A DNA stretch of 58,124 nt from Candidatus Eiseniibacteriota bacterium (GTDB lineage: Bacteria; Joyebacterota; Joyebacteria; Joyebacterales; Joyebacteraceae): NCBI GenBank assembly GCA_030595835.1, contig JAUVLG010000004.1, positions 1 through 58,124 on the forward strand, written 5' to 3'. The notes below the pieces were generated by a model. That model worked only from the letters and a program-made list of their open reading frames with translations, searched no databases and had not been told where the DNA came from. Below are positions 36,346-46,400 of this stretch, one piece after another. Within the stretch, counting starts at the first letter, position 1. Every line of letters starts with the position of its first letter. Both the position numbers and the translations under genes were made by a program.

Positions 36346-36414
36346 AGAATGTGGGCGTGGAAGGCCCGCGTATGTTCAGGTACCTGGCGCATGCGGAACC
36401 GATACATCAGAGCA

Positions 36415-36439
36415 TAAAAAACGGGGCCTCGTCGGCCCC
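36415..36439 (-). terminator. intrinsic terminator
   Basis: The minus strand reads GGGGCC-GACGA-GGCCCC followed by GTTTTTTAT, downstream of the stop at 36552. Confidence 0.65.
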
Positions 36440-36551
36440 TTCATAATGTTAATACCGGGACCCCCCTTGTGATGTGCAGTGTTTTCTTCCCCGTTGGGGC
36501 AACTTCTTTCCAGCAGGTCGAATTCCGGCTCTGGACGGCCAGGAAACGGCT

Positions 36552-37091
36552 CTACTGGGTGGGGTAGCGGGAATCTTCTATCCCGCGGAAAGCGGTCCTG
36601 ATGCGTGCAAGTTCGGTGGCGATTGTCCTGATCGACAGGCTGAGAGCCTGAGCGACCTCTCTTTGAGTGAAACCCTGCGATATTGCGTATAGGATCTCCT
36701 GCTGGCGTGTCGTCAGCTGATTGATCGTGTCATTGACCTCAATAGAGAGGGCGAGGGTGTCCTGGACCATGTCGATGGGGGATGACAACAGGATCTCGTG
36801 CCACTCCGTCGGGACGTATCGGAGAACCTCAGGATCCACGTCGCCCAGGACGCCGTAGAGGATGATCTGACGGTCAAGGTCGCCGTCCGGGCAGTCGATG
36901 GCCGTCCGTGTCATGAATTTCAGGGCCTGCCACCTGGCGCTGGAGAGATACCAACCCTTCGGCTTGCCTTCCGGAGCGCGCCAGATGTCGATCCGCATCT
37001 CCTGTGCGAGATCCAGCTGAAGCATCTCATCGGGGGTGAGGCGCGCTGCAATGCGCGCTATCTCTGGTTCGAGTTCATGCCAGTTGTGCAT
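36552..37091 (-). CDS. sigma-70 r2/r4-like (ECF-like) / LuxR-type HTH regulator
   Basis: DLAQEMRIDIWRA is region-2-like. LTTRQQEILYAISQGFTQREVAQALSLSIRTIATELARIR is a GerE / sigma r4-type HTH. Visibly lower GC than its neighbours. Poor RBS. Confidence 0.55.
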   Translation of the reverse strand: MHNWHELEPEIARIAARLTPDEMLQLDLAQEMRIDIWRAPEGKPKGWYLSSARWQALKFMTRTAIDCPDGDLDRQIILYGVLGDVDPEVLRYVPTEWHEILLSSPIDMVQDTLALSIEVNDTINQLTTRQQEILYAISQGFTQREVAQALSLSIRTIATELARIRTAFRGIEDSRYPTQ

Positions 37092-37297
37092 TCCTGATTC
37101 CCGCCTGCGACAGGGCGCTCAAGCCCGCAATCGAATGTGCAGTTCACGCACTCGTCACAATTGTGGCACGTCGGAGGATCACTGTCAAGAATCCGGGCCG
37201 TTGCGAGGCCCAACGTGCACTCCACGGAGTTGCGATGTGCAGGCCTCGCGGCGCAATGACTCCGAGTATTGCCGCTCAGTCCGGCGGCAAGAGGGGG

Positions 37298-37327
37298 TTG
37301 ACACTGCTTCCGGCCGCCCCCTAGAAT
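37298..37327 (+). promoter_or_regulatory. sigma70-type promoter
   Basis: TTGACA-N18-TAGAAT, about 100 nt upstream of the GTG at 37433. Confidence 0.55.
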
Positions 37328-37432
37328 ATCCATAACAAGTTTCATGCCTGCCGTCCCTGCTGCGGGCAGCTGACTGTCGGTTCAACCGTGTACACCGCGC
37401 GTGACGACGGACCGACTCACAGAGGAGGTAAC

Positions 37433-37756
37433 GTGACTCGACAGGTCGGGAGTGTGGCCGTCTTCTTGCTCGCAGCTGTATGTATCGTTGCGACGGTCGG
37501 ATGCGCCGGAACGACAGTGAGTTCCGATGGTCCCGGTAACCCGGAGCTCATCCGGAAGGAGATCGCGGACATCGACAGTGACATTCTGAACACCGAGGAG
37601 ATCTACAAAGCGAGTCTGACGGCGCTTCAGATGGACGATGACATCGAGCTGAGGCGTCAGGTCAACCGTCTCTGGGTCGAAATCGAGCACCTGCGCTCAC
37701 GGAAGACGGCGCTTGAACAGCGCCTTGCCGAGCTTGCGGCAGGGGAGCAGAAGTAG
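37433..37756 (+). CDS. coiled-coil lipoprotein
   Basis: GTG 4-5 nt after GAGGAGG. Lipobox VATVG/C. Heptad-like helical remainder. Confidence 0.55.
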   Translation: MTRQVGSVAVFLLAAVCIVATVGCAGTTVSSDGPGNPELIRKEIADIDSDILNTEEIYKASLTALQMDDDIELRRQVNRLWVEIEHLRSRKTALEQRLAELAAGEQK

Positions 37757-37815
37757 GTGAGAGAGACATCACGTGTTCTAGATCACACCTCGGCTGCATC
37801 GACGGAGGAGCACTG

Positions 37816-39312
37816 TTGAACATGTGGATACGGAGCACGCCCGCCGCGCTCGCGGTGGCGGCCGCGTTGCTGGCATCGGCGGCGACGGCGGAGGACCTTG
37901 GCGACACCTGGTTCGAGACCAGCCTTGCGGGTGCTGCCATGGGCTACATGCACGAGACCGTGCTGAGAGATGCCGACGGGCAGACGACAACCACCGTCGA
38001 ATCCGACTTCACCATGAGACGCGGCGAGGATCTCGTATCGATCAGGGGAGTTGACGAGTGGGTTGAATCCCCAGACGGCCAGCCTAGAAGCTACCGCCAG
38101 ACGCGAAAGATGGCGGTCGAGACGCTGGAACTCGAGGTGACTGTCGGGCCCGACAGGCTGCGGTTGCGGAAGTCCGACGGCAGGGATGCCGTGTTCAGCA
38201 CGGTCCCGCACGAAGGCGACGTGCTGTTCCCCGCGGCGATCGTGGCGCTGCACGTCTCGCAGGGGTTCGTGGCCGGCAGTGAGTACTCATTCCGGACCTT
38301 CGATCCGGATTTCGAGGAGATCACGACCTACGCGGTGCGTGTCGTCGGTCCGGAGAGACTCGATATTCTCGGGGAGATCCGGGACGTCACGAAGCTCGTG
38401 CTGACATCCGATCTCTATGAGGGTATGGAGTTCATCGAGTGGAGAGACAGCGACGGAGGGCTCTGGCGCGAGGAGGTGCCGGAGATCGAGATGGCCCGTG
38501 AGAGAACCACGAGTGATGTTGCACTTCGAGAGAGAGAAGCGGCGGATCTCCTAGTGGTCTCGACGATCGCGACCAACGTCGCGATACGGTCGACGCGTGA
38601 GGTTGACGACGCGCTCTATGAAGTATGGGTAGAGGGCGGTGACATCTCAGAGCTTCTGATTGAGGATACCAGGCAGCGCATAGAAGGAACTACCGACCGC
38701 GGCGTTCTTCTGAGGGTCTCGCGTGCGGTGCCGAAGCTGGGTACCACGATCAGGTTTCCGGTGAGAAGCACTCCGCTAAAAGACTATCTCGACGGGAATC
38801 CCCTGATGCAGACCTGGTATCCGCGCCTTCTGGGCTCGGCCGCCAAGACGGTGTGGGGTTCTGAGCAGGACTCCTGGCAGGGCGCGGTGCAGATCGAGCG
38901 CTTCGTCTTTGACTACATCGAGGACAAGGGGTTGGGCGTGGGGTTCGCTTCGGCGAGGGAAGTGCTCGAGCGGCTGAGCGGCGACTGCAGCGAACACGCG
39001 GTGCTGATGGCGGCGATGGCGCGCGCCGTCGCGATCCCGGCCAAGGTCGTGTCGGGCATCGTCCACGATCACGGGGAGTTCGCCTACCACATGTGGGTAG
39101 AGGTCTGGACCGGCGAGGCGTGGCACGCCCTCGACCCGACCATCGGGGAGGGTAGTGTCGACGCCACTCACATCAAGCTCGCGGAGAGCGCGATTCCGGC
39201 TGGCCGCGTGGCGGAGCTCTCTCTGGGTATCCTGAGGGTCTTCAACAGATTGGGCATCAGGGTCGTCGAGTACACCGTGGACGGAGAGACCGTCCGCGCT
39301 CCCGCGCAGTAG
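37816..39312 (+). CDS. secreted transglutaminase-like (Cys protease fold) protein
   Basis: Signal peptide ..AALAVAAALLASAATA. C-terminal core GDCSEHAVL..FAYHMWVEVW..ALDPT gives the Cys-His-Asp triad of the transglutaminase core. TTG at 37816, with an alternative ATG at 37822. Confidence 0.7.
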   Translation: MNMWIRSTPAALAVAAALLASAATAEDLGDTWFETSLAGAAMGYMHETVLRDADGQTTTTVESDFTMRRGEDLVSIRGVDEWVESPDGQPRSYRQTRKMAVETLELEVTVGPDRLRLRKSDGRDAVFSTVPHEGDVLFPAAIVALHVSQGFVAGSEYSFRTFDPDFEEITTYAVRVVGPERLDILGEIRDVTKLVLTSDLYEGMEFIEWRDSDGGLWREEVPEIEMARERTTSDVALREREAADLLVVSTIATNVAIRSTREVDDALYEVWVEGGDISELLIEDTRQRIEGTTDRGVLLRVSRAVPKLGTTIRFPVRSTPLKDYLDGNPLMQTWYPRLLGSAAKTVWGSEQDSWQGAVQIERFVFDYIEDKGLGVGFASAREVLERLSGDCSEHAVLMAAMARAVAIPAKVVSGIVHDHGEFAYHMWVEVWTGEAWHALDPTIGEGSVDATHIKLAESAIPAGRVAELSLGILRVFNRLGIRVVEYTVDGETVRAPAQ

Positions 39313-39390
39313 GAACCGCGAGATGTCCGCGAGCCGGCTGGCGAGGCGCGCGGACGCATCGCTTAAGAACAGGTATGGGGGAGGAATCCG

Positions 39391-40023
39391 GTGATCCGGA
39401 CCAACAGGCCGAGGGTTGAAGCTATGAGCAGACTGATCGTAGTGCTGGCGTTCGTGTTTCTAGGGTGTCTCGTCGTTGCCGGGTGCACGAGTTCCGACGA
39501 GCCCGCCGTCGAGTCCGTGCCGGAACCGTTGGACGAGGAGGCGGTGGCGGCGGCAGGGAGTCGTGGGGTCGCCGGCAGCGAGCGGAGTGACGACATGGAG
39601 CCCAAGCCCCAAGTCGTCTTGAGCGAGATGACCTACGAGTGGCGGACATCTCCGGACCGGGGTTTGCACGTGACGCTGGACTTCACGAATCCGGCGGACA
39701 CGTACGAACGCGCCAGGGGGTACGTCTTCCTCATCGCCGAGTCGACAAGATCCGGCTCGCTTGTCAGGGGCATCTACCCGTGGAGCATCAGCATGGAGGG
39801 TAATCTCCCGAAGGATCACACGGATGGCACCCATCTGTTGTACCGGGAGAGACAGCAGGTGAGCGCGTTCATACCCTGCCCGCGTGCGGACGGGTACTTT
39901 GAGATTCTCCGGCTCTACGTGTTCCATGAAAACGGGAGGCTCCTGACCAACAGAACCTACGAACTCGATTTCACCGGAGCGTCAGGTGAGACGAAGACAG
40001 TGAACCCCGGGTTCGACCTCTAG
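39391..40023 (+). CDS. lipoprotein of unknown function
   Basis: GTG 5 nt after GGGGGAGGA. Lipobox LVVAG/C. Confidence 0.55.
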   Translation: MIRTNRPRVEAMSRLIVVLAFVFLGCLVVAGCTSSDEPAVESVPEPLDEEAVAAAGSRGVAGSERSDDMEPKPQVVLSEMTYEWRTSPDRGLHVTLDFTNPADTYERARGYVFLIAESTRSGSLVRGIYPWSISMEGNLPKDHTDGTHLLYRERQQVSAFIPCPRADGYFEILRLYVFHENGRLLTNRTYELDFTGASGETKTVNPGFDL

Positions 40024-40041
40024 CGAAGGGTAGGTGATTGT

Positions 40042-40164
40042 ATGTGCCGCAGAGAGAGAGTCGGTCATCAGGACAAGAAGAAGGCCGTTCTGTCGAAGAA
40101 GGAGAAGAAGCAGAAGAAGAAGGAGAAGAAGGAGAAGAAACAGCAGCAGTCGGGCCTGATCTAA
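40042..40164 (+). CDS. possible 40-aa Lys/Glu-rich microprotein
   Basis: ATG..MCRRERVGHQDKKKAVLSKKEKKQKKKEKKEKKQQQSGLI*. A ~60-nt polypurine tract unique in this GC-rich window. Weak RBS AGGTGA. Confidence 0.3.
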   Translation: MCRRERVGHQDKKKAVLSKKEKKQKKKEKKEKKQQQSGLI

Positions 40165-40224
40165 GATCAGGGCACGCGGGGACCGCGTGAGAGAACGGCT
40201 GTAGGGCCTGAGCAGGCAGCAAGA

Positions 40225-40257
40225 GAAGCCCGAGGACGGAGTACGTCCTCGGGCTTC
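40225..40257. terminator. 14-bp hairpin between convergent genes
   Basis: GAAGCCCGAGGACG-GAGTA-CGTCCTCGGGCTTC. Pyrimidine/T-rich flanks on both strands. Confidence 0.5.
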
Positions 40258-40306
40258 CTGTTGGTCAGCCTTGAGTCACGGCCGGTTCGCGCGAAGGCCG
40301 CACGTC

Positions 40307-40924
40307 CTATTCACTCCACGTCACCACCAGATCTGCGTCGGGCATGAAGTCGATCTGCTTCATGTAGTATACGATCGTGTCGCCGACGACCGTGCGTGTA
40401 TCTGGTTCGAACGAGAGGCTTACACTGTCCAGTTCGGCCGGGATGCGGAACTCGAATTCGGCCAGCTCGATCGGCCGCTTCCACTCCTTCGTGGTCGTGA
40501 CGATGTAGATGGCATGGGGCCGCCTGATCTCCTGCACGTAGTCCACTCGCACCACCTTCTCCTCGCGCGGTTCGAGCTCCATGTTCCACAACACGTAGCG
40601 GTCCCTGTGCACGAATCCCATCGGCCTAAGGCTCTCTTCGCGCTTTTCCCACACGCGGACGATCTTCGGGTAGAGGTGGAACCTGTCCACCGGGAACGGG
40701 TATCGGATTCCCTGCTTCACACATCTGTCGGAGTCGTTGCGGAAGTAGTACAGGGCGCTGACTTTCGTCGATCCCTGGGACGGTGTCACCGTGACGTACT
40801 CACGGCTGAACCTGATGGGCGAGAGCGCGACTGATGCGTTCTCCTCGGGCGCGTTCTTCTCGTCCGCGCACCCTGCCAGCCCTACGACCAGCAGCGCGAT
40901 CGCCAGTGTGTGGATTGTCCGCAC
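40307..40924 (-). CDS. lipoprotein of unknown function
   Basis: GTG after AGGAG. Lipobox VVGLAG/C. Starts 8 nt after the upstream barrel gene. Confidence 0.6.
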   Translation of the reverse strand: MRTIHTLAIALLVVGLAGCADEKNAPEENASVALSPIRFSREYVTVTPSQGSTKVSALYYFRNDSDRCVKQGIRYPFPVDRFHLYPKIVRVWEKREESLRPMGFVHRDRYVLWNMELEPREEKVVRVDYVQEIRRPHAIYIVTTTKEWKRPIELAEFEFRIPAELDSVSLSFEPDTRTVVGDTIVYYMKQIDFMPDADLVVTWSE

Positions 40925-40932
40925 TCGTTCTC

Positions 40933-41427
40933 CTAGAGATAGAAGAAAGCGGCAAGTCTGGTGCCGGTTCCTATCACGATCGAGCCGAAGTAGAGATTGA
41001 AGTTGAGCTCGCCCTCGAAGCTGAGTTCCCTGGTGACGAAGTACTCGCCTCCCAGAATTGCCGTCACTCCGAACTTGGTGTCGTCCACGTCGTTGTGCCC
41101 GTTGTCGCGTGAGTGATGGTGGAATCCGAAGCGGCCGCCGAGGAACGGCTGGAACTGCTTCTGGTCAGTCAGGTATTTCTTGACACCGACAGCCGCCGCG
41201 ATGTCGGTTGACGAGAGATCATCGTCATCCTGAATATCGAGTCCGATCGAGAGCTCCAGTCCCAGGGAGTCTCCTATCCGGGTGATTCCCAGGAGGGTCG
41301 GGGATCCGCTGGGCAGAAGAACGCCACCGATCCCGAAGCCGTCTCCGTAGCTGTGCTGCGCGGCGGCCAGGGACGGGAGAGCAATGAGAGCCAGAGCGGT
41401 GGCGAGCACGAGACTGCGTCTTGTCAT
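40933..41427 (-). CDS. small outer-membrane beta-barrel protein (OmpW / OMP_b-brl-like)
   Basis: ATG at 41427 after GAGGAGGA. Signal peptide MTRRSLVLATALALIALPSLAAA/Q. About 8 beta strands. Ends ..RLAAFFYL. Confidence 0.65.
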   Translation of the reverse strand: MTRRSLVLATALALIALPSLAAAQHSYGDGFGIGGVLLPSGSPTLLGITRIGDSLGLELSIGLDIQDDDDLSSTDIAAAVGVKKYLTDQKQFQPFLGGRFGFHHHSRDNGHNDVDDTKFGVTAILGGEYFVTRELSFEGELNFNLYFGSIVIGTGTRLAAFFYL

Positions 41428-41509
41428 GGTCTTCCTCCTCTTGGGGTGAGGAGCCCCGGATTCCTCATGGAATGGCCCCGACGCGGGCCAACGGGGCGAA
41501 TCGGACGAG

Positions 41510-41538
41510 ACTCTATCACTGCCCCCGCGGGGTGTCAA
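41510..41538 (-). promoter_or_regulatory. sigma70-type promoter
   Basis: The minus strand reads TTGACA-N17-TAGAGT with a TGa extension, about 80 nt upstream of the ATG at 41427. Confidence 0.55.
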
Positions 41539-41568
41539 CTCGCCCGCCGACCCAGGCGGCATTCCGGC

Positions 41569-41597
41569 TTGACCCTGTGTGCCGGCCGTGTTACGAT
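41569..41597 (+). promoter_or_regulatory. sigma70-type promoter (divergent partner)
   Basis: TTGACC-N17-TACGAT with a TGt extension, about 80 nt upstream of the ATG at 41679. Confidence 0.55.
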
Positions 41598-41678
41598 TTG
41601 ATGGAGATTTTGCATAGGCTGTAGTCTGCGGGCGGGCGGGGCCACGAAGTGCCCTGCCGCGTTTCGGGAGGGAGTGAC

Positions 41679-42248
41679 ATGCCAACTACCGAAGAGGTCG
41701 GGAAGCGCCTGAAAGAGGTCCGGAAGCAGAGAGAGATGACGCTCAAGGAGGTCGCCGAGTCCTCGGGGATGTCTCCGACGCACATATCGGAGATCGAACG
41801 GGGGAAGACGTCACCCACCGTGGGGGCACTCCGGCGGATAGCGGGCGCGTTGGGGAGGGACACGGCCTTCTTCGTCGAGGACCAGCCGTTGCCGCGGGTC
41901 TCTGTTGTCAAGAAGGAAGACAGGGAGACCGTGCTTCTGAAAGGCGAGGGCGATGCCTTCGTCAGCGCCAGGGCGCTGACCAGTGGGATTCCTGCGGGTC
42001 GCGTGAAACTGGTTCTCGTGAGCGAAGATAAGGGCGGGACGCTCTCGGCCCACTCGCACGAGGGTGAGGAGGCGATCGTGGTGGTGGCGGGCCAGGCCCG
42101 CGTGACAGTCGATGACGAGGAGTTCATTATCGAGCCGGGGGACTGCCTCCACTACTCCGCCAAGTGCAAGCACACGATCAAGTTCGCAGGCGATGGAAAG
42201 AACAAGGCGCTCTGGATACGAGTGAGTCCCGGCGCCATTCGCTGGTAG
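41679..42248 (+). CDS. XRE-family HTH + cupin domain transcriptional regulator
   Basis: GKRLKEVRKQREMTLKEVAESSGMSPTHISEIERGK is an HTH_3 motif. C-terminal H.HEGEE..V..G motif and beta-rich cupin. Confidence 0.8.
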   Translation: MPTTEEVGKRLKEVRKQREMTLKEVAESSGMSPTHISEIERGKTSPTVGALRRIAGALGRDTAFFVEDQPLPRVSVVKKEDRETVLLKGEGDAFVSARALTSGIPAGRVKLVLVSEDKGGTLSAHSHEGEEAIVVVAGQARVTVDDEEFIIEPGDCLHYSAKCKHTIKFAGDGKNKALWIRVSPGAIRW

Positions 42249-42292
42249 CTTCAAGGCCGTGGAGTGCCCCCAGCTTGGGGGACAAGACATGT

Positions 42293-42330
42293 CGAGGCCG
42301 GGGAGATCTCTCCCCGGCCTCGGTCTTTGG
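42293..42330 (+). terminator. intrinsic terminator (probably bidirectional)
   Basis: CGAGGCCGGGGA-GATCTC-TCCCCGGCCTCG followed by GTCTTTGG. Confidence 0.65.
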
Positions 42331-42377
42331 CATCTTCATTCCGGTGTGTGCGCGCCCGTGCGCGACGGCACCACTTC

Positions 42378-43361
42378 CTAGAGCGCGACTCCGAGCGAGA
42401 AGCGAAGCGTGTCGGCGAGGCGGCCGAACAGGTAGGCGGCGTCGAGGGTCATCACGGTCGCCCCGGCTGGGAAGGTGGCCCCGGCTCCAATTGAGAACTC
42501 ATCAGATTCGTCCTCGGACAGGGTGGTGACGTAGCCGCCACGCAGACAAGCCACGCCGAATAGCGTTAGCTCGGCCCCGGCCCTGACGACACCGTTCGTA
42601 TCACGGTGGAGGGCCTTGTCCAGGTCGACCCCCAGAAGAACGCGGTCGTGAGGCTTCATGGCGACGCCTATCACGAGGGCCGCGGGCACGTTCTCTCCGT
42701 AGGAGCCTGCCGCGGACGAATCCCAGTTCAGCATGCTGATGACGTCACGTCCGGTCACACCCAGCGTGGTTGAATCCGTAAGCGGTATCAGCGCGCCGAC
42801 GTCGAGTCCGAGGCCCAGTGCGCTACCGGTGACCTGTTCTTCCATGCTCTCGTTGTTCCCATACGAGGCCCATCGGGTCCGAAGCGTCGCGCCGAAGCCG
42901 GCGGCTCGGTCGGGCGCCCAGGGCAGCACCTTGAACTCCCTGGCGCCGCCGATCAGCACCGACGTCTCTGACAGCACATCGTCGCCGGAGTAGAGCAGTC
43001 CGACTCCGAGCGTGTAGTCGCCCAATTGCTGAAGCCCGGCGCCGGCCGAGTAGGGTACGAGCCCCATCTGATCGCTGTACGCGACCATGAACTCCCTGGA
43101 GCTTCCTGCCTGTCCCAATCCGGCCGGGTTCCAGAAGAGCGATGACGCTCCCTCTACGGAAGCCACAACCGCCCCACCCATTCCCATTCCGCGCGCTCCG
43201 ATCCCGACGTCGACGAACGCGCCCGGTATGTCCGACAGTTCTTCGCCGTGCGCCGTTTCCGTGCTCAACGACACGGCGGCCAGCACGGACAGGGCGACCG
43301 CCGCAGCGAACAGCCCGCGCGTCAATCCGCGCCGCTCGGCAGTCAGGGTTCTTGCTTTCAT
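42378..43361 (-). CDS. PorV/PorQ (FadL-like) family outer-membrane protein
   Basis: ATG at 43361 after GGAGG. Signal peptide. GIGARGMGMGGAVVASVEGASSLFWNPAGLG is the PorV/FadL N-terminal signature. Ends LRFSLGVAL. Confidence 0.65.
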   Translation of the reverse strand: MKARTLTAERRGLTRGLFAAAVALSVLAAVSLSTETAHGEELSDIPGAFVDVGIGARGMGMGGAVVASVEGASSLFWNPAGLGQAGSSREFMVAYSDQMGLVPYSAGAGLQQLGDYTLGVGLLYSGDDVLSETSVLIGGAREFKVLPWAPDRAAGFGATLRTRWASYGNNESMEEQVTGSALGLGLDVGALIPLTDSTTLGVTGRDVISMLNWDSSAAGSYGENVPAALVIGVAMKPHDRVLLGVDLDKALHRDTNGVVRAGAELTLFGVACLRGGYVTTLSEDESDEFSIGAGATFPAGATVMTLDAAYLFGRLADTLRFSLGVAL

Positions 43362-43430
43362 GTTGCCTCCGCTATCATCGGAATCGCGCCTCACCATCAA
43401 CGGGGTGCGGCGTCACGTCACAGCCCGACG

Positions 43431-46400
43431 CTACTTCACAAGCACCACGGTCCCGAGGGCCGTTTCAGTTCCTGACGTATCCTCTGCACTCACCTCCACG
43501 ACGTACCGTCCGTTTCGGGCGAGCTCCCCTGAGTCAGTCAGTCCGTCCCAGTCGATCGACGCGGGACCCTTGCCCTGAGACCCGTTGGAGATAAGCTCGC
43601 GGACGAACTGGCCCGCCATGTTGTAGATCCTGACGGTTACGAATGGTTCCCGTGCGCTGTCCGAACTGAGTTCGTAGTAGATAGTGACGCATCCGTTGGC
43701 CGGTGCGAACGGGTTGGGTTCGGCCCGCACGTCGGACACTCCGAGCGGTCCCGACCGCGCGCGAACCGCGAACTCCGCCAACGCTGGTATCTCCGCTTCG
43801 AGGTCGCTGCCTACGTGTTCGGCCTCCACCTCGGCCCAGTCGAGCACCTCGCGGTCCCACCTGACGAGGCCGCCGCCTCGGTTGTTGTCGGGAACGGTGA
43901 GTGTCGGATGGTGGTACTCCTCGAAGGACATGCCGTTCGGTTTCAGACGATAGCTTCGGGCCTCAACGATGTGGCCCTTTGAGTAGCGGCGGACGTCCGG
44001 CAGGAACTCGTGCGAGAGATAGATTGATTTGGTCTCAGTGACCGCGCCGGGTTCGATGTGCAGCGTCATTCCCAGCGAGTCGCCCGCGCTGGCGCCCTCG
44101 CCCGGCGTGACCGTCACGTAGACCGTCGCCTCAGCGCGGCCGACTTCACCCGAACTGGGCTCCCGTGCCGAGACGGTGAGTTCACCGATGTAGCCGGCCG
44201 ATATGGACAGCTCGCCCGTTGCCCTGGCGACGGAGGCGGCACAGTCGGGTGCAACCCACCAGTCCAGGTCGACGTTGACGAGCCGCTCTCCCTGCGCGAG
44301 GACGCTACCTGAGAAGGTGGCCGCATGACCTGCCTCTATCTCGTCCGGTCCCGCTACATCGATCCTCTCGATGGTTGCCCGCTCCACGGTGAAGTCGACT
44401 CCGGACACGAGTTCGCCCTCTCCGACGGCGATGCTCACCTGGGCGGGCGTGCCCAGATGAGTTCCGCCCGAGACGGACAGCACGTAGCTGCCGGGACGAA
44501 GCTCGGTGATCTCGTAGGCGCCGAGTGCATCGGGGCTCGCCATCTGAGAGTGTTCAGCGAATGCGATGTTCGTGGCGGCAATCACCGTCTCGCCAAGCTC
44601 TACACCGGCGCCCTGCGGTGTCAGCGTGCCGATGAGCCTGGCGAAGTTTCTCGGCATCTCCAGAGTCAGAGCCTCGCCGCCCGGCGCGACGTCGTACGCG
44701 ACCGCTTCCAGGTACCCATACAGTGAGGTGGACACGTCGTAGGCGCCTATCTCGGCAAGCCCGTCGATCGTGAACAATCCGTCTGCGCCAGAGGTCGTCG
44801 TGCCGAAGTGCCCAAGCCCGTTGTTTGCTGTGACGGATGCGCCCGGCAACGGTTCTCCATCGTCGGCGTCGAGCACGAAGCCCGTGATGACGCCCGCGCA
44901 TTCGCGAAGGGTGAAGTCGATGTCCACGGCATCCGGCGTGATGTTCGTGCGCGGGTTCTCGGAGTCGGAGGAGTAGCCGGCCCTCGAGGCGTGCACGTTG
45001 TAGTCAGTCCCGGGGTAGAGCCCCGAGAGGGCGTATCTGCCGTCGGCGCCGGTCATCGCCGCGGACGCAATGTCGTCGCCGAGCTTGGCTCTGACAGAAA
45101 CGCCGGCTACGGGCAGGCCCGTGCTCGAGTCGGTCACCTGACCCGCAATGGAGCCGGTCAGCCTCACGAGGTGGATGTCATGGTCCCTGATCTCATGCTC
45201 GGCGAGCGTCAGTGCTGTTTCCCCGCTGACGAAGCCACGCTTTGTCGTGACTACGGTGATCTCTCCGGGCACCACCGAGGCCAGTTCGTACTCTCCGCAC
45301 GGGCCGGTGACGGCGGACAGCCCGCCGCCCCAAACGGCCGTGATGACGACGCCCGAGACGGGCTCGCTCGAAACGGAGTTGACGACCGTTCCATGGAGCA
45401 GTGCAAAAACGTCGAGGAGGTTGGAGTTGAGTTCGGTGGTCTCGTCGGCGACGGCGAACACGTCCGCGTGGAGACGCGGCTCGTAGCCGGCTTGGCTGAC
45501 CGACACGTCGTGCAGCCCGGCGTGAACGTAGAGCTCGTAGTCACCGTAGGCGTTCGCTGTGGCGGCGGCTTCTCCGCCCGTCTCTGCTCGGACGAGCGCG
45601 CCCGCGAGCGGCAGTCCGTCCGCACCGGTGACGGTGCCCGCTATTGCGGACTCCCGCGCCGGCAGATGCATGTCCACTACTCGTTCTTCGCCGATGGCCA
45701 ACGCGGCGATCTCCACTTCGGCGGACCCGTGGCCGTGAGCAGCTGCAACAGCCACGTAGGCGGCGCCGGGAGCGACTCGCAGGCAGTAGTGCCCGTCCGA
45801 ATCGGAGGACGTTCGATAGGCGGCTTCTGCCTCGCCGTTGCGGTAGAGGAGCACGAGGGATCTGCGCAGCACCTCACGCGAGTCGGTCACGGAGCCTTCG
45901 ATCGTCGCGTATTCCGGGGCGAGTTCCGGGTCGATCCCGTGTGCCGACTGCCCCGCGGCAACCGCTACGACCTCCGAGGAGGAAGGTGCGAAGCCGTCCT
46001 TCCGCGCCGTGACCGTCCACTCGCCGGCCTCGACGTGCACCACGTAGCTTCCGTTTTCGTCCGCTACGGCCACCACCTCCGTGGCTTCGGACAGCGCGGT
46101 CACTACCGCGCGACCGACTGGCTCGCCGTCTGACAGCGCGTGGCCAGAGATGGCGGATGCGCCGCCCGTGATCTCAAGCTCGAGCCCTTCGAGGGTTTCA
46201 CCGGGATGGGCCGCTACCTGGAGAGGCGCCCCGGACAGATGGCCGTCCTTGAGCGCCGTCAGTTCGTGAAGGCCGGCTGGCACGTCGAGCGAGAACTCGC
46301 CTGCCGCTGATGTCGTCGCTGACGTCCCACCGCTGGTAACGAGCGCGCCGGCAACGGGGTCGGTTCCGTCGACCACCACGCCTGCCAGCTCGCAGTCCGC

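Noticed and set aside
37058-37345. 95-aa minus-strand ORF with CHNCDECVNCTFDC, considered as a possible zinc-binding anti-sigma partner of the sigma/LuxR-like gene
   Set aside because: It overlaps the regulator start by 34 nt and lies across the strong plus-strand promoter at 37298-37327 and an operator-like palindrome. Its first half is low-complexity, and there is no RBS. It is more likely intergenic regulatory DNA.
40096-40140. AAG/GAG repeat run as a CRISPR-like or satellite repeat
   Set aside because: It is a single short imperfect purine tract without spacers or a regular period. No CRISPR array, IS element, integrase or long inverted repeat was seen anywhere in the window.
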